From IMG/VR virus record IMGVR_UViG_3300026088_000011: a DNA stretch of 64,000 nt. One strand, 5' to 3'. The notes under the pieces were generated by a model. That model had not been told where the DNA came from. It was given only the letters and a program-made list of their open reading frames with translations, and searched no databases. The translations under genes were made by a program, and so were the position numbers. The stretch is from a virus. Lineage: Duplodnaviria > Heunggongvirae > Uroviricota > Caudoviricetes. Shown here piece after piece: positions 48,304 to 55,777 of the stretch (positions are counted from its first letter, which is position 1; each line of letters begins with the position of its first letter).

Positions 48304-48490
48304 TATATATACATTCAGGAGGGAGCTAATTGAATAGCTTTAGTGAATGTATTAATGCTCTATTCCAAATATAAGAGAAAAATAAGACTATTGACTTATT
48401 ATTGAAGCTATTATGCTCCCTACCATCTACTCTGTTTGATAATTCTATCAATCCTCTTACTTGGATGATATATCATCAATAGTCTTAATA

Positions 48491-48685
48491 CTACCTTTCT
48501 ATGTGCATTACACTATTTGATTTCTTACCTCTATTTACCCATTGTACATACCATAGGGCTATAATAATCTGTAAATTTGATGTATAGAAGCCTAATGACA
48601 ATACTCCTATTAGGCCATCTACAATACATATAATTGAATACATTATAATGTACCAATTAGGGAGTCCTGCTTTCTTTATTGCCAT
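48491..48685 (-). CDS. small membrane protein
   Basis: 64 aa, hydrophobic. Confidence 0.3.
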   Translation of the reverse strand: MAIKKAGLPNWYIIMYSIICIVDGLIGVLSLGFYTSNLQIIIALWYVQWVNRGKKSNSVMHIER

Positions 48686-48696
48686 TTTGTTTGATT

Positions 48697-49062
48697 TTAA
48701 GGAGATGTAATAAAAAATGTTGTAATATACACTATTTTAGGTGTAATGAAGGCTGTTACAACATAAGCCATTGGTTCATTCACTACTATTACATCATTCA
48801 TTTCTGTAAAGTAATAGAAGCATCTACAGTCTAAATCTAATGTTTTCCTAGATATATGGAAATAAAGAGGATTTAAGCCCTCTTTATGATTTACCACCAT
48901 TGTATCAGAAACAGTGAAATATCCACAATTTGCTGATATGCTGTCTAACACTTGTTCTTTTGTCTCTTGCGAAGCATGTGTGCTAGCTGTCATGTTGTAT
49001 TTATATGTCTGAGCCATAGCTACATTACATATAAATAGGAGTATAAAAATGAGAGTTTTCAT
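48697..49062 (-). CDS. secreted hypothetical protein
   Basis: N-terminal signal-peptide-like MKTLIFILLFICNVAMA. Confidence 0.35.
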   Translation of the reverse strand: MKTLIFILLFICNVAMAQTYKYNMTASTHASQETKEQVLDSISANCGYFTVSDTMVVNHKEGLNPLYFHISRKTLDLDCRCFYYFTEMNDVIVVNEPMAYVVTAFITPKIVYITTFFITSP

Positions 49063-49064
49063 GA

Positions 49065-49346
49065 TTAATATTTAGAAGGATAATGTTTTTCAAAAAGATT
49101 AATTATCCCCATTACAACATTAACAGTTGATAACAAGAACAGTAGAAACATCATCCAAAAATACCAATAGTGTCTAGCTCCCCATATCCAATAACTATCA
49201 AAAGAAGATCCTGAGCAATTTTGCTGTCCACAATAAGTATCTCCTAAAAACTCTCTTAATTGGGGACTAATAAATGTCCACAGCATTCCTACACCAAATA
49301 GAATAACTATTCTAATAGCTATTCCAAAATATACTTGATATTTCAT
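49065..49346 (-). CDS. membrane protein
   Basis: 93 aa, multiple TM segments. Confidence 0.35.
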   Translation of the reverse strand: MKYQVYFGIAIRIVILFGVGMLWTFISPQLREFLGDTYCGQQNCSGSSFDSYWIWGARHYWYFWMMFLLFLLSTVNVVMGIINLFEKHYPSKY

Positions 49347-49351
49347 AGTTT

Positions 49352-49552
49352 TTAATTTATATCTTCCCAGTCTCCTCTAAAAACCATAGAAATAGCTATA
49401 CATATTTGAGCTATTAATAGAAACCACCAAGATACTATTAATATAATCCATGCATACCAAGGATCATCCAAATCATTATTCAGCTTATAGGCTGTAAAGA
49501 ATATTCCTATTACATATAATATACATAACAGAATAATAGTTAATAAATCCAT
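49352..49552 (-). CDS. small membrane protein
   Basis: 66 aa, two TM. Confidence 0.3.
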   Translation of the reverse strand: MDLLTIILLCILYVIGIFFTAYKLNNDLDDPWYAWIILIVSWWFLLIAQICIAISMVFRGDWEDIN

Positions 49553-49575
49553 AATTTTTTAATTTAAAGCTATAT

Positions 49576-49764
49576 TTATTCTTCGTTTATACTATCCTTA
49601 ATAACAGCACATTCATCCTTGTATGAAGCTGAAAGGACGATAATAGAATATTCCTTATTACTAAGAAATGTATGAATAGCTCCAGAAATACTTTGATTTC
49701 TTACTTCCTCTATATGGATTTCTTTATCCTTATAGGAATAATATTTAACAATAATAGTGTACAT
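49576..49764 (-). CDS. hypothetical protein
   Basis: 62-aa ORF. Confidence 0.3.
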   Translation of the reverse strand: MYTIIVKYYSYKDKEIHIEEVRNQSISGAIHTFLSNKEYSIIVLSASYKDECAVIKDSINEE

Positions 49765-49783
49765 AGTAATGTGGGTTAAAGAT

Positions 49784-50122
49784 TTATTCTATAATTCTAA
49801 CGAAATTTGAAGAAGTATATATTTCCTCACCTGTAGGAAATACAATTAATAAATCGAGTAAATATGGTTTAAAACCCATTTTTACTTCAACTTTATCTAG
49901 TTTTGTATAAATATTCTGATTGATAGCTATAACAATAGCTTCAGATTTGAATAGTTTATCAATACCCCATCTATGTTCACCTGTATTCTTATCAGTATTT
50001 CCACTTCCATCCCATACCATTACTCTATCTCCAATTTCCTTTTTTCTATCATCCGAATTAGCAGCTTGAATAGCTGTAATGAGATAGATCATTTCTAATG
50101 CTTCTTCTTTAATAGATTTCAT
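49784..50122 (-). CDS. hypothetical protein
   Basis: 112-aa ORF. Confidence 0.4.
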   Translation of the reverse strand: MKSIKEEALEMIYLITAIQAANSDDRKKEIGDRVMVWDGSGNTDKNTGEHRWGIDKLFKSEAIVIAINQNIYTKLDKVEVKMGFKPYLLDLLIVFPTGEEIYTSSNFVRIIE

Positions 50123-50183
50123 AATGTGGATTTAGTGTATGAAAATTAGAAATAAGAGGTTAATTCAATAACCCCTTATTTGA

Positions 50184-50690
50184 TTAAAATGATTTAATTG
50201 CTATAACATATAGACTATCCTTAGATAATATCATAGATTTTAGGTTGTCTTTAATTCTAAAACCTGTTCCAGAATTACCATTGCCTTCACTCACCCAATA
50301 TGTGTTATTATTGGATATTAGCTTAGAAAGATAGAGTTTATTGAACTCCTGACTATTAGGTAGGAAATAACCTTCTAGATTACAAGCATTTGCAGCATTA
50401 TACACACCACATAGACTATTCATTAAAGCTGTATTATTTACACCTTCTCCTAATGTAGGTGATAGAGCATTTGGATTGATACCTGTTCCACATCCCCACC
50501 ATATATATTTCCCTTTCAACTCCTTGTATACAAACCCATGATTTTCGCCCTCAATATAGCCTTTATCACCTTTCTGGAGTGTATAGAACACATTTCCTCC
50601 ATTTAGCTTACTATTTAAAGCTGTAGAAGGTGAGACATCATTACCCTTACAGGATAATAACATCGTTGTAAGTATAATGATGTATTTCAT
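50184..50690 (-). CDS. putative lipoprotein, possibly DUF1566-like
   Basis: MKYIIILTTMLLSCKG (lipobox LLSC); C-terminal GYFLPNSQEFNKLY...YWVSEG resembles the DUF1566 motif (GYSDWRLPT.EEL..LY...YWSST). Confidence 0.35.
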   Translation of the reverse strand: MKYIIILTTMLLSCKGNDVSPSTALNSKLNGGNVFYTLQKGDKGYIEGENHGFVYKELKGKYIWWGCGTGINPNALSPTLGEGVNNTALMNSLCGVYNAANACNLEGYFLPNSQEFNKLYLSKLISNNNTYWVSEGNGNSGTGFRIKDNLKSMILSKDSLYVIAIKSF

Positions 50691-50720
50691 ATTATTTATG
50701 TTTAATGCTATAAGTTGTAT

Positions 50721-50957
50721 TCAAATAAAACCTAATTCAATATAAGGAGATAATCTATTATCCCTCTCAATTAGCTTATTAAGGAGATATTCACATGTCT
50801 CAATAGAAACAATAAATCTCTTCCTAATACGTCTAGTAGTAATAAACGGGTCACAAGTAGCACTATTAATACCATTCTTATACACATTTCTATGATATTT
50901 GGAAAGAATAGCTAATTGTTTATTCTCTTCTAATACATCAAGATTTATCTTAGCCAT
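50721..50957 (-). CDS. hypothetical protein
   Basis: 78-aa ORF. Confidence 0.35.
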   Translation of the reverse strand: MAKINLDVLEENKQLAILSKYHRNVYKNGINSATCDPFITTRRIRKRFIVSIETCEYLLNKLIERDNRLSPYIELGFI

Positions 50958-51184
50958 ATAATATACGGATAAGGCTCTTCAAACATAGCAAACCAACTAT
51001 CAATAGTCCTATTAATAGGATTAATTGGTTCATATTTAGAGTTATTAATTAATATAACTGATAAGACGCTACAAAGATCTTTATTAATATCAATAGACGG
51101 ATTACATATGTTGATAGTCTCATACCATTTTCCACTTGATTTAAATATACGTATTTTCATATTAGTTATATTATTTAATGCCAT
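50945..51184 (-). CDS. hypothetical protein
   Basis: 79-aa ORF. Confidence 0.35.
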   Translation of the reverse strand: MALNNITNMKIRIFKSSGKWYETINICNPSIDINKDLCSVLSVILINNSKYEPINPINRTIDSWFAMFEEPYPYIIWLR

Positions 51185-51203
51185 AATAATGAATAAATAG
51201 TGT

Positions 51204-51806
51204 TTATTTCTTGAGTTTTAGGTCTAATCCTTCCCATAATTGACCTTCTCCATTGATAAGTCTATATGTTCTAACATTAGCAAATGTTGTAAGCTTAATT
51301 CTTTCAAATTTAAGACCGTAATCAGCTTCTGTAAATGCATTAGTTATGTTATTTTCTATTGTTTCAGGAATACAATCAATTAGGTTATTATTACATATAA
51401 AATCACTCATTTTACCCATAGCAATATTACCTATTGTCATATCTGGCATATAAAGAGTGTTAAATAGCTTAGAAATATTCACAATACTATATCCAACACT
51501 AGAAGATACAGTAATCGTATGACCATCCTTGGTAGTTAAAGTCTGTATTGGAAGAGTAATTGTTCTTAATCTCTTCTCTTGAACATATATACTATCTAAT
51601 AATGGCAGCTTCAAATAAACCCCTTTATCTAATAATGTAATATGTTTACCAAATCTAACTCTTATTCCCTGCTCCCAAGGCATGACAATCACCCACCATG
51701 TAAATAGTTTACTTATGTAGTCTATAATTTCTTTAAATATACCCATGAGTGATAATTGTTTAATAGTTAGTAATAGAGAATATAATGCTATAACAATTGA
51801 ATACAA
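51204..51806 (-). CDS. SPFH/band-7 (stomatin/prohibitin-like) domain membrane protein
   Basis: N-terminal TM, then VIVMPWEQGIRVRFGKHITLLDKGVYLKLPLLDSIYVQEKRLRTITLPIQTLTTKDGHTITVSSSVGYSIVN matches the SPFH pattern (V.e.e.gv..rfGk...pGlhf..P.i..v..v..r.....q...TkD...v.vd..v.yrI.d). Confidence 0.45.
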   Translation of the reverse strand: MYSIVIALYSLLLTIKQLSLMGIFKEIIDYISKLFTWWVIVMPWEQGIRVRFGKHITLLDKGVYLKLPLLDSIYVQEKRLRTITLPIQTLTTKDGHTITVSSSVGYSIVNISKLFNTLYMPDMTIGNIAMGKMSDFICNNNLIDCIPETIENNITNAFTEADYGLKFERIKLTTFANVRTYRLINGEGQLWEGLDLKLKK

Positions 51807-52131
51807 CTAGTTTATTTGAATAATCGTTTAAGCGAATATACAGTTATAGTGATAGTACCACAACTCTAAAACACTCAAATCAATTAAATTTCACACTATT
51901 TTGACATCAAACAGTGTATCACTCAATTAATATGTATATATAATAGAGTGAATAATTAAGTTATCCACTCTAATGCATTATTTGCATCTTCTTTGGAGAA
52001 ATAGAAACCAAATATGTCTCCATCTTCATCAATTATGCACCATTCTTCTCCAAGAGGAGAAGTATAATTGTCTGGAATCAAGCTTATTCTCCACATAATA
52101 TTAATAGTTTAATTTACTCCTTATATATAGA

Positions 52132-52165
52132 TGTATAAAAAAGAGGCCATTACAGCCCCTTTTCC
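52132..52165 (-). terminator. Rho-independent terminator (minus strand)
   Basis: Minus strand reads AGGGGCtgtaatgGCCTCTTTTTTAT. Confidence 0.5.
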
Positions 52166-52291
52166 ATTTCAACCTAAACCCATTTACTACCCAAACAGAA
52201 TATTCTTTGGTATAAGACCCCTAAAAATAGGTATTGGTATATACAACAAATTACATTTCACCAAATATTATTCTGTTTAAGTATAAATAGG

Positions 52292-52324
52292 TGTATAAAA
52301 GGAGAGCATTGCTGCTCCCCTCTC
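52292..52324 (-). terminator. Rho-independent terminator right after the 52330-52722 gene (minus strand)
   Basis: Minus strand reads GAGCAgcaaTGCTC (GNRA-like tetraloop, extendable stem) followed by TCCTTTTAT. Confidence 0.5.
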
Positions 52325-52329
52325 GTTAA

Positions 52330-52722
52330 TTACCAAGCCAATTCTTCTGGATTAAGCACTTCAGCTTCAATTGCTGCAACATTAATCTTCTCAACAGCAA
52401 TCTCATGAACTCCACCAGTTGGAGGCATTGCTACAAACTGACGCAATTCACCTTTGTCATCTTCTGTTTCAATGACATTCAATCCTGCTAATTGGGAGAT
52501 TGTCAGCTTTTTAGCTCTGAACATCTCACTCACCTGCTTGCTACATGGAACAACAGCAGAATTACCAGCTTTGTTAGTAAGAACAACAACAACTCTCTTA
52601 GTGAGGTCATTGTAATTCTTCCTAAGGAAGCCAATCTTTCCACCTTTTCCAGCAAGATCTTTCACTGTGCCAAGGTCAGTAAGCTCTGCTGTACTGCCTT
52701 CATACTTCTTAAATTCTACCAT
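52330..52722 (-). CDS. hypothetical protein; compositionally atypical (about 42% GC versus about 29% background); standalone transcription unit
   Basis: 130-aa ORF flanked by about 400-bp intergenic regions, an upstream hairpin (52773-52797 GGGGAGTgatgtcaACTCCCC) and two downstream terminators. Confidence 0.55.
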   Translation of the reverse strand: MVEFKKYEGSTAELTDLGTVKDLAGKGGKIGFLRKNYNDLTKRVVVVLTNKAGNSAVVPCSKQVSEMFRAKKLTISQLAGLNVIETEDDKGELRQFVAMPPTGGVHEIAVEKINVAAIEAEVLNPEELAW

Positions 52723-53103
52723 AATACTTGTTTTTAATTGTGTTTTTGTTTTTTAATTCTCATTTGTTCTTAACCGGGGAGTGATGTCAACTCCCCAAAC
52801 TTGGGAGGGGTGGCTTGGTGGAGGTACACTACTCTCTCTTTAACATAAAAAATTCCTTAAATTTGGAAAATTTTTTATTTTTTCCTTCTCTAAAACACAT
52901 CTCTTCTACTCCAAACTAGATTGATATTCCACCTTTTACAGTCTTATATTTGGAAATGTCAAACCTTTTACATATATTTGTCCCATGTTAAATAATAATT
53001 TACGCCCCTTACAGCATTCACATTCGCTCCCTAGTTATCTAGTGGAGGAGGGGATATTTGTGTTTAATTATAGTTGATTCAGAACAACTTTTTAAAACTT
53101 CAG

Positions 53104-53139
53104 AAAACCCCTCCTTAAAACAGAGGGGTTTTTTATTTT
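53104..53139 (+). terminator. Rho-independent terminator immediately upstream of the tRNA array
   Basis: AAAACCCCTCcttaaaacaGAGGGGTTTTTTATTTT. Confidence 0.55.
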
Positions 53140-53212
53140 CTAGGTGTATATCAATTGGTAGATTACCTGGTTTGGGACCAGGAGGCTGTAGGATCATACC
53201 CTACCATCTAGA
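53140..53212 (+). tRNA. tRNA-Pro (anticodon TGG)
   Basis: Hand-folded. Acceptor CTAGGTG/CATCTAG (one G-U), anticodon stem CCTGG/CCAGG with loop TTTGGGA, T-arm GTAGG-atcatac-CCTAC. Confidence 0.65.
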
Positions 53213-53214
53213 CT

Positions 53215-53285
53215 TTTAATATGGTGTAATGGATGCACATCAGATTTTGAATCTGAGAGTTTGGGATCATGACCCAATATTAAAA
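53215..53285 (+). tRNA. tRNA-Gln (anticodon TTG)
   Basis: Acceptor TTTAATA/TATTAAA, anticodon stem TCAGA/TCTGA with loop TTTTGAA, T-arm TTGGG-atcatga-CCCAA. Confidence 0.55.
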
Positions 53286-53287
53286 CT

Positions 53288-53358
53288 GTGTCTGTAGCTT
53301 AATGTAAAGTCTCACCCTGTGAAGGTGATGGATATGGGGTCGATTCCCATTAGACACC
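53288..53358 (+). tRNA. tRNA-His (anticodon GTG)
   Basis: Acceptor GTGTCTG/TAGACAC, anticodon stem TCACC/GGTGA with loop CTGTGAA, T-arm ATGGG-gtcgatt-CCCAT. Confidence 0.6.
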
Positions 53359-53363
53359 TATTT

Positions 53364-53433
53364 CTTTCTGTAGCTTAAAGAAAAGCGATTGAATACGAAT
53401 CAATCAGATGAGGTTTCGCACCCTCCAGAAAGT
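53364..53433 (+). tRNA. tRNA-Arg (anticodon ACG); T-arm imperfect
   Basis: Acceptor CTTTCTG/CAGAAAG, D-stem GCTT/AAGC, anticodon stem ATTGA/TCAAT with loop ATACGAA. Confidence 0.5.
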
Positions 53434-53437
53434 CTAT

Positions 53438-53517
53438 GCTCCTGTGACATATGCAAAATGGTACAGCTACTAGTTTTAGAAACTAGGTTATTATAGGTTC
53501 GAATCCTATCAGGAGTA
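53438..53517 (+). tRNA. Atypical tRNA, anticodon TAG (Leu by anticodon) but 80 nt with an oversized D region and no long variable arm
   Basis: Acceptor GCTCCTG/CAGGAGT, anticodon stem CTAGT/ACTAG with loop TTTAGAA, canonical T-arm ATAGG-TTCGAAT-CCTAT. Confidence 0.4.
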
Positions 53518-53520
53518 CAT

Positions 53521-53609
53521 GTCCCTATGGTGAAAATGGCAGCACACGTTAGACTTAAAATCTAAAGCGAAGTAATAGTAGCGTGAAGGTTCGAAGCCTT
53601 CTAGGGATA
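53521..53609 (+). tRNA. tRNA-Leu (anticodon TAA), class II with long variable arm
   Basis: Acceptor GTCCCTA/TAGGGAT, anticodon stem TTAGA/TCTAA with loop CTTAAAA, T-arm GAAGG-TTCGAAG-CCTTC, 89 nt. Confidence 0.65.
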
Positions 53610-53613
53610 CATA

Positions 53614-53700
53614 AGGAGGGTATCTGGCTGGATGAAGAGCTTGTCTTGAAAACAAGTAGGTCGGTAATACTGGCTTGTGAGTTCGAGTCTCACATCCTCC
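53614..53700 (+). tRNA. tRNA-Ser (anticodon TGA), class II
   Basis: Acceptor GGAGGGT/ATCCTCC, anticodon stem CTTGT/ACAAG with loop CTTGAAA, T-arm GTGAG-TTCGAGT-CTCAC, 87 nt. Confidence 0.65.
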
Positions 53701-53703
53701 TCA

Positions 53704-53788
53704 TAGAGAGTTGACAGAGTGGCTTATTGTGTTTGTTTGCTAAACAAAAGGGTGTAACAGCTCCAGGAGTTCAAATCTCCTACTCTCT
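53704..53788 (+). tRNA. tRNA-Ser (anticodon GCT), class II
   Basis: Acceptor AGAGAGT/ACTCTCT, anticodon stem TTTGT/ACAAA with loop TTGCTAA, T-arm AGGAG-TTCAAAT-CTCCT, 85 nt. Confidence 0.65.
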
Positions 53789-53793
53789 TCAAA

Positions 53794-53879
53794 ACTGTAA
53801 GTATCCAAATTGGTGAAGGAGACAGACTGTAAATCTGTTGCCACTGGCTAAACTTGTAAGTTCGAATCTTACCTTGCAG
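53794..53879 (+). tRNA. tRNA-Tyr (anticodon GTA), class II
   Basis: Acceptor CTGTAAG/CTTGCAG, anticodon stem ACAGA/TCTGT with loop CTGTAAA, T-arm GTAAG-TTCGAAT-CTTAC, 86 nt. Confidence 0.65.
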
Positions 53880-53990
53880 ACAAAAATAAATTAATAAATA
53901 TTAGGAATTGTAGGTTTTATTTACTACGTTTGTGATATGAAAATAAAGAGTGTTAATAATTCTGAACAAATAGAGACTGAGGAACATATT

Positions 53991-54062
53991 GTTCCTGTCA
54001 TCTAATGGCTAGGATATTACACTTTCAATGTAAAAAAGAGGGGTCGAAACCCTCCAGGAATG
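53991..54062 (+). tRNA. tRNA-Glu (anticodon TTC)
   Basis: Acceptor GTTCCTG/CAGGAAT, anticodon stem TTACA/TGTAA with loop CTTTCAA, T-arm GAGGG-gtcgaaa-CCCTC. Confidence 0.6.
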
Positions 54063-54306
54063 CTAAAAATGAAGAAAGATATTAAGATTAATTTAATAAA
54101 ACTATTAGAAGAAAATGGTGGAAAATTTAGTTTTTTCCCAGAATGGACTTTGATAGGAACAGGTAAAGGTAAATTAACATCTATAAAATAAAGAATTATG
54201 AAAAGGAATTGGTTTAATATTATATTCACCATGTTTGCGACAAGAGATTGTGGCAAGGTGGGAGTATATTGTTGGAGCCAATAAAAGAATATAACACAAG
54301 TTATAA

Positions 54307-54337
54307 TTAAGGCTCCCCAAAAAGGAGCCTTTTTTAT
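54307..54337 (+). terminator. Rho-independent terminator inside the tRNA array
   Basis: AAGGCTCCccaaaaaGGAGCCTTTTTTATTT. Confidence 0.55.
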
Positions 54338-54341
54338 TTAT

Positions 54342-54415
54342 GGGGGATCATGTACCAAGGCTGGCGAGATTGCTTTGCAAGCAGACTGAGTAGGATTCGA
54401 TTTCCTAATTCTCCA
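54342..54415 (+). tRNA. Probable tRNA-Ala (anticodon TGC); D-arm unresolved
   Basis: Acceptor GGGGGAT/ATTCTCC with a G3-U70 wobble (the Ala identity element), anticodon loop TTTGCAA on a 4-bp stem, T-arm TAGGA-TTCGATT-TCCTA. Confidence 0.4.
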
Positions 54416-54421
54416 CATAAT

Positions 54422-54494
54422 AGTTCTGAGGTCAAATGGTTAAGATGTCCCACTGTCTATGGGTACGGAGAGGGTTCAAATCCCTTCAGAACTG
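54422..54494 (+). tRNA. tRNA-Asp (anticodon GTC)
   Basis: Acceptor AGTTCTG/CAGAACT, anticodon stem (T)CCCA/TGGG(T) with loop CTGTCTA, T-arm GAGGG-TTCAAAT-CCCTT. Confidence 0.6.
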
Positions 54495-54497
54495 CAA

Positions 54498-54568
54498 GGG
54501 TTGTTAGTACAATGGTAGTACGAGTGACTGTTAATCACTGAATGGTAGTTCGATTCTATCACTTCCCT
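54498..54568 (+). tRNA. tRNA-Asn (anticodon GTT); two U-U mismatches in the acceptor stem
   Basis: D-stem GTAC/GTAC, anticodon stem AGTGA/TCACT with loop CTGTTAA, T-arm GGTAG-TTCGATT-CTATC. Confidence 0.55.
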
Positions 54569-54574
54569 CAATAC

Positions 54575-54644
54575 ACACTTCAGGCTATGGTAGCCAAGGA
54601 GTCTCCAAAACTTCAGGACATCAGTTCGATTCTGTGGAGGTGTG
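54575..54644 (+). tRNA. Probable tRNA-Trp (anticodon CCA); short D-arm, weak T-stem
   Basis: Acceptor ACACTTC/GAGGTGT, anticodon stem GGAGT/ACTTC with loop CTCCAAA. Confidence 0.4.
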
Positions 54645-54650
54645 CAATAT

Positions 54651-54724
54651 TCCCTACGTAGCTCAACAGGTGGAGCAATAGTTTTGTAAACTGGAGGCTG
54701 TCAGTTCAAATCTGACCTAGGGAT
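54651..54724 (+). tRNA. Probable tRNA-Thr (anticodon TGT)
   Basis: Acceptor TCCCTAC/CTAGGGA (6 bp), D-stem GCTC/GAGC, anticodon loop TTTGTAA, T-arm GTCAG-TTCAAAT-CTGAC. Confidence 0.5.
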
Positions 54725-54760
54725 CATGGTGATAGTACGAAGATATAGGTTATTCTAATA

Positions 54761-54832
54761 AACTCCTGTAGTTTAAATGGAAAAACTATGCTCTTCTAAA
54801 GCATCATTCAGAGTTCGAATCTCTGTAGGAGT
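54761..54832 (+). tRNA. tRNA-Arg (anticodon TCT)
   Basis: Acceptor ACTCCTG/TAGGAGT, D-stem GTTT/AAAC, anticodon stem ATGCT/AGCAT with loop CTTCTAA, T-arm CAGAG-TTCGAAT-CTCTG. Confidence 0.65.
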
Positions 54833-54837
54833 TCATA

Positions 54838-54914
54838 TTGAGATGTATCCTCTCACGCTTATATCGTGTAGAAAAGGTAATTGGTCACATAAGGGTTCGA
54901 CCCCCTTCATCTCT
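54838..54914 (+). tRNA. tRNA-like element of uncertain fold (possible pseudo-tRNA; an internal stem-loop CACG-CTTATAT-CGTG would give anticodon TAT)
   Basis: Acceptor TGAGATG/CATCTCT (6 bp) and a good T-arm AAGGG-TTCGACC-CCCTT, but no canonical D or anticodon arm placement. Confidence 0.25.
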
Positions 54915-54964
54915 ACAAATTTTATTAATATGGAAACAGATAAAAAAGACTATGAGAAGATTTA

Positions 54965-55037
54965 TTCTCTCATAGCTCAATGGTAGAGCTGGAAGCTTTT
55001 AACTTTCAGATCATGGTTCGATTCCATGTGGGAGAAC
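54965..55037 (+). tRNA. tRNA-Lys (anticodon TTT)
   Basis: Acceptor TCTCTCA/TGGGAGA, D-stem GCTC/GAGC, anticodon stem GGAAG/CTTTC with loop CTTTTAA, T-arm CATGG-TTCGATT-CCATG. Confidence 0.7.
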
Positions 55038-55041
55038 ATAT

Positions 55042-55114
55042 AGTAACTTAGCTTAGATGGGAAAGCATCTGACTGATATTCAGAAGAGAACAGGATCGTT
55101 ACCTGTAGTTACTA
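55042..55114 (+). tRNA. tRNA-Ile (anticodon GAT)
   Basis: Acceptor AGTAACT/AGTTACT, D-stem GCTT/AAGC, anticodon stem TCTGA/TCAGA with loop CTGATAT, T-arm ACAGG-atcgtta-CCTGT. Confidence 0.65.
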
Positions 55115-55172
55115 CTTAAAATAAATATCATAAATCATTTGGAATTTATGATACTTCTTATTAAATTTGTAA

Positions 55173-55559
55173 ATGCCTATTAAAGACAAAGAAATAAGAA
55201 AAATAAAAAGCAGAGAATACCAAAAGAAACATTACGAAAGTAAGAAATGGTATTATAAGCAAAAAACAAAAGACAGAAAGAAGAACATATTAGATATGCT
55301 TTCTGAATTAAAACAAACTTTAAAATGTAAAAGTTGTGGAGAAGATCATCCTAGATGTTTAGATTTCCATCATAGAAATCCGAATGATAAGAAAATATCT
55401 ATCGCAAGAGTTGCAAATCAAGGATGGAGTTTAGAAAAAATAAAAGAAGAAATAAATAAATGTGATGTTTTATGCTCTAATTGTCATAGAAAATTACACT
55501 ATGAAGAAAATAATGTGGGTAGGGCTAGTGCCCCAGTGAGTCTCATAAGCTCACCTTGA
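55173..55559 (+). CDS. HNH endonuclease embedded in the tRNA array; 3' end overlaps the next tRNA
   Basis: CKSCGEDHPRCLDFHHRNPNDKKISIARV...CDVLCSNCHRKLHY, closely parallel to the HNH module of 35907-36800. Confidence 0.65.
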   Translation: MPIKDKEIRKIKSREYQKKHYESKKWYYKQKTKDRKKNILDMLSELKQTLKCKSCGEDHPRCLDFHHRNPNDKKISIARVANQGWSLEKIKEEINKCDVLCSNCHRKLHYEENNVGRASAPVSLISSP

Positions 55560-55581
55560 CAGGAGCGTAACCTGTACCCGC
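55512..55581 (+). tRNA. tRNA-Met (anticodon CAT; initiator/elongator/Ile2 not distinguishable); short D-arm
   Basis: Acceptor TGTGGGT/ACCCGCA, anticodon stem TGAGT/GCTCA with loop CTCATAA, T-arm ACAGG-agcgtaa-CCTGT (same T-stem as the tRNA-Ile). Confidence 0.5.
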
Positions 55582-55588
55582 AACAAAA

Positions 55589-55663
55589 GGAACATGAGCT
55601 AGTCTGGTGATTCAGCGTGCGCCTGAAGAGCGCAAGAATATGGTTCAATTCCATAATGTTCCA
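55589..55663 (+). tRNA. tRNA-Phe (anticodon GAA)
   Basis: Acceptor GGAACAT/ATGTTCC, anticodon stem TGCGC/GCGCA with loop CTGAAGA, T-arm TATGG-TTCAATT-CCATA. Confidence 0.65.
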
Positions 55664-55716
55664 CTGTATGGGAAGTTGACTAGTGTATAAAAAGGAAACT
55701 AGAGTCATAGTTAAAC

Positions 55717-55777
55717 TTAAAGGCTTGGCGGTAATTAGCTGTTATACATAGTTCGTCCTAACTAAAACCGCCTCCAT
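55717..55777 (+). ncRNA. tRNA-like fragment / structured element with an encoded CCA
   Basis: GGCGG ... stem TAGTT-cgtcct-AACTA ... AACCGCC-T-CCA; too short (about 55-60 nt) for a full tRNA. Confidence 0.2.

Noticed and set aside
53438-53517. The tRNA with anticodon TAG as an amber-suppressor or stop-codon-recoding tRNA
   Set aside because: Anticodon 5'-UAG-3' reads the CUA/CUG sense codons. A UAG suppressor would need anticodon CUA. Nothing in the ORFs suggests in-frame stop-codon reassignment.
54017-54986. ORFs 54017-54256 (-), 54350-54541 (+), 54777-54986 (+) and 55499-55708 (-) from the six-frame track
   Set aside because: They overlap well-formed tRNA genes and have low-complexity translations; treated as spurious.
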